Origin: an uncultured Acidobacteriota bacterium
Lineage (GTDB): Bacteria; Acidobacteriota; Terriglobia; UBA7540
Reading direction: 5' to 3'
Assembly: GCA_963803295.1 (NCBI GenBank)
Contig: CAWDMC010000017.1
Coordinates: 6,791 to 70,790 of the forward strand
Length of the DNA stretch: 64,000 nucleotides
The notes beneath the pieces are model-generated. The model saw only the letters and a program-made list of their open reading frames with translations. It did no database searches and was not told where the DNA came from. The translations under genes and the position numbers were made by a program. Positions 58,835 to 64,000 of this stretch are shown piece by piece; positions within the stretch are counted from its first letter, which is position 1; each line of letters starts with the position of its first letter.

Positions 58835-58866
58835 CCTCACGACAAGCGAAGCTGAGGATTTCTGGA

Positions 58867-59130
58867 ATGCTGAGGATAACCTTGGTTGACTCTTCTAACT
58901 CTTTTGTTAGGCTCCGCGTAGAGGGCCGATTGATAGGAGGGAGCATCGAGGAGTTGCGGCAAGCATGTGACCTGCATGCCCTCCGTGAGGGCATGCGGCT
59001 GATCATCGACTTGGCGGACGTCTCGTTCGCTGATGCCCATGGGATCGAACTCCTTAAGAACCTCGAAAGAGACAGAGTTAGCTTGCTGAACGTTGCGCCT
59101 TTCTTAGCTTTGCAGCTTCGCGGTTTTTGA
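58867..59130 (+). CDS. short STAS-domain protein (anti-sigma-antagonist-like)
   Basis: 87 aa. FVRLRVEGRLIGGSIEELRQAC...RLIIDLADVSFADAHGIELLKNL...VSLLNV fits the STAS pattern. GAGGA lies 8 nt before the ATG. Confidence 0.65.
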   Translation: MLRITLVDSSNSFVRLRVEGRLIGGSIEELRQACDLHALREGMRLIIDLADVSFADAHGIELLKNLERDRVSLLNVAPFLALQLRGF

Positions 59131-59394
59131 AGTGGAAAGTACCACCACGAAAGAAAGGTGACGGGTAAAGGGAATTGGCAGGAACTACTATGTCCGGCAC
59201 TTGGATACTGACACGGCACTAGTCCGCATGAAGCAGATGGCCTGCACCGTAAGGATCTGTCTAACCGGCTGCGACAGGATAAGGCGTTTGGTCATAGGAC
59301 CTTTCCGCTCCGGTCACCCGATAAAGTCGAGCTGAGAGCACTTTACTTTTGTGGCGGCCGTCCCCGATCCAAGGAAGTGCGCCTGAGGTGATCG

Positions 59395-60243
59395 ATGGCT
59401 ATCAACGTGGAGACGATCCATGGAAGCAACCCCGAGATAGGCGTTCAGATAAGCGAACGAGGCCAGTCGCGGAGCGCGAATTCGGAGGCGGACCGCTTGG
59501 CCAGTTTCATTTACCACGATCTGCGTCATCCTTTGACTGCCATTTTGGCTTGCTCGGAGCTCCTCGCAGAATATGATCTGGACAGACCGCAACGTCAGGA
59601 GTTTTACCAGGAAATCCGCGGGGCTGTAAGCCAGATGAATGACCTCATTTCGCTGCTTATGGAGCTCTGCAAAGATCCTGGGACTTTCCGATCGGAAGTT
59701 GCAGACATCGTGGTCACCGTCAAGCGCGCGATTCGGATCGTAGCAGTAAGGCCGGAATTCCGGCGGGTTGCGATCCGCTATGAACACGAAGGCTTAACCG
59801 AGGGTCGATTCGATCCGGGAGGGTTGCAACAGGTGATCACAAACATCGTTCTCAATGCTTGCGAAGCGGTCTTGGCAGCCTCTGGGAGGGTAGAGGTACG
59901 GTCTTGGGGGCGGCAAGATTACATGGAGATCAGCGTTTCCGATAATGGGCCGGGCATCCCCGAGCCCGTCCGTCAAGCTGTTTTCCAACCTTTCGTGAGT
60001 TATGGCAAAGAGGGGGGCACGGGACTTGGCCTGGCGATTGTTCAGAAGATCGTCCGCGCTCATGGTGGAGACATCCGTTTAGATACTACAGGTGAGAACG
60101 GAACGCGCTTCAGGCTTGTTCTTCCATTTCTCGACCTACAACGCAGTGAGTCGTCGACCGCAAATAAGACGTCCTGCGGGTCCCACACTACACCTAAGAA
60201 CGGAGCCTTCCCACTTCTCGTGTTCACCGGACCTTCAGCCTAA
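59395..60243 (+). CDS. soluble histidine kinase (HisKA + HATPase_c only, no sensor or TM domain)
   Basis: H-box FIYHDLRHPLTAILACSELL, N-box ITNIVLNACEA, G1 DNGPGIP, F FQPF, G2 GGTGLGLAIV. GAGGTGA lies before the ATG. Confidence 0.88.
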   Translation: MAINVETIHGSNPEIGVQISERGQSRSANSEADRLASFIYHDLRHPLTAILACSELLAEYDLDRPQRQEFYQEIRGAVSQMNDLISLLMELCKDPGTFRSEVADIVVTVKRAIRIVAVRPEFRRVAIRYEHEGLTEGRFDPGGLQQVITNIVLNACEAVLAASGRVEVRSWGRQDYMEISVSDNGPGIPEPVRQAVFQPFVSYGKEGGTGLGLAIVQKIVRAHGGDIRLDTTGENGTRFRLVLPFLDLQRSESSTANKTSCGSHTTPKNGAFPLLVFTGPSA

Positions 60244-60268
60244 CACGCCGGAGTAGAAAGGACATATT

Positions 60269-61012
60269 GTGAATCGCAATTCCAGATGGGCCGACCCGCA
60301 ACCTCACCGCACATCCGCCTTCGTCGCTGTGGTTACGATTCAACTACTTTCCCCGAGTTCGGTGTTCGGCCGGCACTCGGTGAGGCAGACGCAACGGGCT
60401 CAGGAGCAGCCCTTTCTAACTATTCTTGTCTACAACTCCTCGGAGCTTTCGGAACGTCACCTCAATGCCGCCGAGGCCAATGCCGAACGGGTCTTTAAAC
60501 AAGCCGGCATTGACGTTCGCTGGATTGCGTGCCCCCTGGGCAGTTCTGAAACGGAACCGGCCAGCCTTTGCAATGCCAATCCGGTCGACTCGGCATCGGT
60601 GGTCTTGCGTATCATTACAGCCGCCAGAAACGAAGGCGGCGGCGTACGCCCCATCTTCGGGGCCAGTATCGTCGCCTCTAGTGGTCGTAGCCATTACTCC
60701 ACAATCTACTACGGGTCTATACGGCAAGTCTGCATGGTCAACGGCCTGTATGAAGAGTCACTTTTGGCCGCTACCATGACACACGAACTTGGCCACCTTC
60801 TGCTCGGACCGTCGGCTCACGCGTCACAAGGAATCATGCTCGGGCGATGGAACGGGCCCGCCTATGATCAAATTTCACACGGCAAGCTGGTTTTTTCGTA
60901 TTGCCAGGCGAAAGCCATTCGCGAGGAAGTGGAGCTGCGAGATGGCCAATCCGCTGAATGCCAGACGCGGCTTGCACAGTTGAATGGGCGATCCGGCTGT
61001 CCCTCCTTGTGA
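60269..61012 (+). CDS. exported hypothetical protein with HExxH motif (putative metallopeptidase-like)
   Basis: GTG start 25 nt after the kinase stop. Hydrophobic N-terminus and ATMTHELGHLLLGPSAHASQGIM. No named family recognised. Confidence 0.6.
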   Translation: MNRNSRWADPQPHRTSAFVAVVTIQLLSPSSVFGRHSVRQTQRAQEQPFLTILVYNSSELSERHLNAAEANAERVFKQAGIDVRWIACPLGSSETEPASLCNANPVDSASVVLRIITAARNEGGGVRPIFGASIVASSGRSHYSTIYYGSIRQVCMVNGLYEESLLAATMTHELGHLLLGPSAHASQGIMLGRWNGPAYDQISHGKLVFSYCQAKAIREEVELRDGQSAECQTRLAQLNGRSGCPSL

Positions 61013-61413
61013 GGGATGTCGGGCCAAGGGTCGACGGGGTTAATCTGTCTCCGATACAGCTCTCGGTCAGGCGTGCCTTTTTGATAATACGGCATTCTCA
61101 ACAACATTCTGACGAAACCATTACACAATGCTGTCCAATCTTCTCACGGGATTCCGATTGTCTATGTGAGAGGAGGTTCAACTCTCCTAGACTCGCTGAA
61201 TTTGGCGTTCCACCAAGCATACGGGGCGCCTGGTCAAGGATGCAAGACCTGGCAGCGCATCCTAGAAATGGATCGTGAAGCATACGGATCCAAAACAGCC
61301 TTTCCGATACCTCAAGAGGAGCACAACAACTCGTCATTTGAGCAAGTTGTGTGCCTTAACAACCTCAAGCGTTTCCAACGCTTGGGATAATACAGAGAAC
61401 TGGAGAACAACAA

Positions 61414-62064
61414 ATGAGCTATAAGCAGATAAGCAAGACAGCGCGAGTTAGGAGCCTGTTCGGGGCCGCGCTCGTGCTCGGATGTACGTTCGGCACGGTC
61501 CCCTACGCGGCGGCGCAAGTCACGCCCCCAACCACTCCTGCCGATATTGCAGTACCGGTAGGAAACTCTCCTTACCTGGTCGGCCACGCCTTCGGTAGCC
61601 AGGGCTATACTTGCCTGCCAACGGTTGGTGGCACTGCCTGGAATCCCAACGCCCGCCCCGAAGCCACCCTGTTTACGGATCTCTTCGGAGCGAAGTTCCA
61701 GATCATCACGCACTTCCAGAGCATCAATGAAAAACCGAAGCCGGGCATCGACCCCCCTCTGAGTGGGAACGCGACGTGGCAGAGTTCCCTCGATACCAGC
61801 AGGGTGTGGGCGGTAAAGGTGAAGGGAATCGACGCCGGCACCGACCTCGCGAGTTGCCCGAATAGCGGCTCGATTCAATGCCTCTTGTTGCAGTCAGTCG
61901 GGAACGCGAAGGGGCCCACGGGCGGTAACCTCCTGGTCAAGACCACCTTCATCCAACGTCTGAACACCGCCGGCGGAGCTGTTCCTACCTCCGTCTGCAC
62001 CGTGGGCCAGACTCAGCTCGTGCCGTACACTGCCGACTACTACTTCTTCCGCGAGGACCACTAA
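61414..62064 (+). CDS. DUF3455 domain-containing secreted protein
   Basis: Signal peptide ending AAAQ. GYTCLP...W...PEATLF, IQRLNTAGGAVPTSVC and VPYTADYYFF match the DUF3455 pattern as I recall it. Confidence 0.75.
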   Translation: MSYKQISKTARVRSLFGAALVLGCTFGTVPYAAAQVTPPTTPADIAVPVGNSPYLVGHAFGSQGYTCLPTVGGTAWNPNARPEATLFTDLFGAKFQIITHFQSINEKPKPGIDPPLSGNATWQSSLDTSRVWAVKVKGIDAGTDLASCPNSGSIQCLLLQSVGNAKGPTGGNLLVKTTFIQRLNTAGGAVPTSVCTVGQTQLVPYTADYYFFREDH

Positions 62065-62530
62065 GCGCTTCGGTTCTCTTTCGCGGAAGAATCGGGTTGT
62101 GCACGCGGAGTCGCACCAGTCCTGGTGTCTTCGCGTGCGCACCCTAATCAATACTCGGCGATGTTTTGGGGCCACAAGGGGACACCTTGCCGACGCATTT
62201 TGGCTGAGCTCGAAGCCCACACCAAATAGCCGGTTGGCTTAGCGGGTCAATTGTTTCCTCAGGCTGTCGTCCTTCTTCCTCGGTTTCCGATATCTCAAGT
62301 AGGGACCAGAGCTCTAGCGCAAGATGGACATCGCAGGTACGGGTACGACCTTGCTGGTCAGTGCAGAGAGCGGCGCCGCGTGCGAAGAGATCGTCCTTCG
62401 GCCCGCGCTATAGACGCGTTTCTGGATGGATTTGTCGGGCACTCGGAAATAAGCCTTGCACGATCCACCGGCTGGACCGTTGTCGCGAAACGGCGCCATT
62501 GGGAAATAGCCACGATTTGACCGGCATCCT

Positions 62531-62926
62531 CTACGACGCTTGGGCCTCCTCCGGCTCGATACCGATCCGGTCGTTGACGGCGCAGCGCAACTTCTGCTTG
62601 CACCCCAGGTAACGCTCCGTGGTCTGAATCGAGACGTGACCGAGCAAAAACTGGATTTGATCCAATTCGCCGCCGGCTAAACGGCAGAGCCTCGCACAAG
62701 TACGCCGCAGGATGTGGGGATCGAGCGGCGGGGTACGTATCATCCGAATCTTTGGGACCATTTCGATACGGCCGATAAGAGTGCTGAAGCCTCGGACCAT
62801 CATTTGGTGTCGGCGGACTTCAACCTGTGAAGTTCGCGCACTAGTGGCATGCCAGACGACCTTTATCCGACTGGCAGTGTCGTGCTGACGATGACAGGAT
62901 GCTGGATTGTGACACCTCGAGATCAC
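62531..62926 (-). pseudogene. tyrosine recombinase/integrase remnant (C-terminal catalytic part only)
   Basis: PHILRRTCARLCRLAGGELDQIQFLLGHVSIQTTERYLG carries the HxLR...LGH...Y end of the catalytic domain. The ~60 codons upstream are not integrase-like in this frame, and integrase-like scraps (DKGRLA, MPLVRELHRLK) sit in other frames. There is no room for the N-terminal half before the next gene. Confidence 0.7.
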
Positions 62927-62944
62927 GAATTGGACCCGCCCCTA

Positions 62945-63552
62945 TCAAACCGGAATGCCGTTATTGTCAGTGTTCAGTGATTGCGTCGAAAACTTCCCTA
63001 AGTAGGCAGACAGCGTCCCATCTTGTCTGTTCGCAAAAACGCAACCATCCTGCCAGATGCCATCCAGCGGCCTGAACTGGCCCGGCGGGTCACCTTGGTT
63101 ACAATGCACATCGTGCACCCCCAGGCCGGTAGTGTACGGTGCTCCGAAGACCCAGATTTTCGTAGAGCCGGTCACCATTTCGAGTAAACCCTCGCCGGCT
63201 TCGTTTCCGCTCACATTAGTCCATAGCTGAATCTTGGTTTTAAACAATGCATTCCATACTGTCCAGAACGAAGCGAGGCACCCGAGGGATTTCTTAAAAA
63301 CCGGACCCCGAGCATAGTCCATTGCCCCGGAGCCGGGATTGGAATCGAGATGACTCCATCCACCCGGGAGGCTCGAGACCGGGGCAAAAGAGCCCATATC
63401 TAGATGATTTAGAATCTGATACTGAAACAGCCCGTTTGGCTCGTTTACATCTACTGCAGCCTGATATGTCTGTTGCCCAGCCCGGATGTTAAGATCGACA
63501 TGAAACCACTGTCCCTGGCTAGTTGTGGAGCTTACGTATTGGCCGACGACAT
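62945..63552 (-). CDS. DUF2278 (YukJ-like) family protein, probable frame break in the first codons
   Basis: GVHDVHCNQGDPPG, DGIWQDGCVF and LSAYLGKFSTQSLNTDNNG blocks. In-frame similarity (YVSSTTSQGQWFHVDLNIRAGQQTYQAAVDVNEP) extends upstream of the annotated Met to about 63545. The only ATG (63552, MSS...) is in another frame, and one extra G/C in ggccg 63541-63545 would join them. Confidence 0.7.
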
Positions 63553-63559
63553 GTCACGC

Positions 63560-63916
63560 TGCAGTTAAATCTGCAAGAATGGGATCCGAAGCCAATTTCC
63601 TGCACTTAAATGCGAAACGGAATTCTGTATACTGTACTCGAATCGAAAACAAATTACCGTGTACCCAAGCAGGGAATGTTACAAGCGTCAACATACCACA
63701 GGCCGCCGATATTTTGCGGCCGAAGCAACAATCCACCTCTCAGGCCTGAGGCCCGCAGTTCGAGGAATATGGCACTAAAATCGAGTACGATATTCGAGCC
63801 GCAATTTGTTTTCGATTAAAGTGCATCATTTTCAGTTTTAAGTGCAGAGTCTTCCTGCACTTGAACATGATAAATTATTGAAAACAAACAGGCGTGATGT
63901 CTCACTTTAGAGTGCA
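63560..63916. repeat. cluster of TTTAAGTGCA-like 10-mers in both orientations in an AT-rich non-coding block
   Basis: tgcagttaaa 63560, tgcacttaaa 63601, ttaaagtgca 63816, tttaagtgca 63837, tgcacttgaa 63856 (forms a hairpin with the previous copy), tttagagtgca 63906. Confidence 0.7.
63641..63817. repeat. perfect 15-bp inverted repeat flanking 147 bp
   Basis: aatcgaaaacaaatt (63641-63655) and aatttgttttcgatt (63803-63817) are exact reverse complements. Confidence 0.8.
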
Positions 63917-64000
63917 GCGCGACACCACGCGCTTCAGCTTGATGCCGCGCGCCTCGACCAACCGCTCGACCGAGATTTCCCGCTTGATCCTCTCCACCGT
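63902..64000 (-). pseudogene. fragment resembling the N-terminal region of a CHC2-zinc-finger primase-like mobile-element protein, truncated by a stop; upstream part outside the window
   Basis: My own translation of the minus strand gives TVERIKREISVERLVEARGIKLKR, then VVSRCTLK and a stop. In the family I recall, KLKR is followed by the CPFH...zinc-finger region, which is absent here. Confidence 0.35.

Noticed and set aside
61166-61390. 74-aa GTG-initiated ORF in the 401-bp gap before the DUF3455 gene
   Set aside because: There is no RBS and no recognisable family, and the region is better described as hairpin-rich (61321-61353 imperfect, 61366-61384 perfect 8-bp stem). I left it unannotated.
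62065-62530. ORFs 62251..62520 (+), 62314..62499 (-), 62358..62699 (-) downstream of the integrase remnant
   Set aside because: They overlap one another, are Arg-rich, and have no motifs in any frame that I could recognise. They are probably decayed spacer from the former mobile element.

Overview
High-GC (about 60% by hand spot counts) bacterial chromosomal segment. Gene content points to Acidobacteriota: a VWFA-related acidobacterial-domain protein, a PadR regulator translationally coupled to an acidobacterial duplicated orphan permease (ADOP), and a CarboxypepD_reg-type TonB-dependent receptor. There are roughly 55 protein genes. Most are housekeeping (gatB, glyA, purE, recN, miaB, parAB, icd, iscS-like, rpiB), interleaved with exported or unknown-function genes. 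I saw no rRNA, tRNA or CRISPR array. Three points stand out. (1) At least six genes are interrupted by frame changes, and five of the six have breaks exactly at short G/C homopolymers, which looks more like assembly indels than decay. (2) The last ~5.5 kb (58.6-64 kb) is lower in GC. It carries a co-directional series: sigma-54 activator, candidate UAS plus -24/-12 promoter, STAS protein, sensor-less histidine kinase, HExxH protein, DUF3455 protein. This is followed by a DUF2278 gene, integrase and primase-like relics, and an AT-rich, repeat-dense non-coding block. (3) Several non-coding structures are unexplained: five GCGG repeats at exact 11-nt phase, a 21-nt perfect palindrome, and a 15-bp perfect inverted repeat. 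Nothing here can be called a new system from sequence alone; candidates are ranked in the findings.
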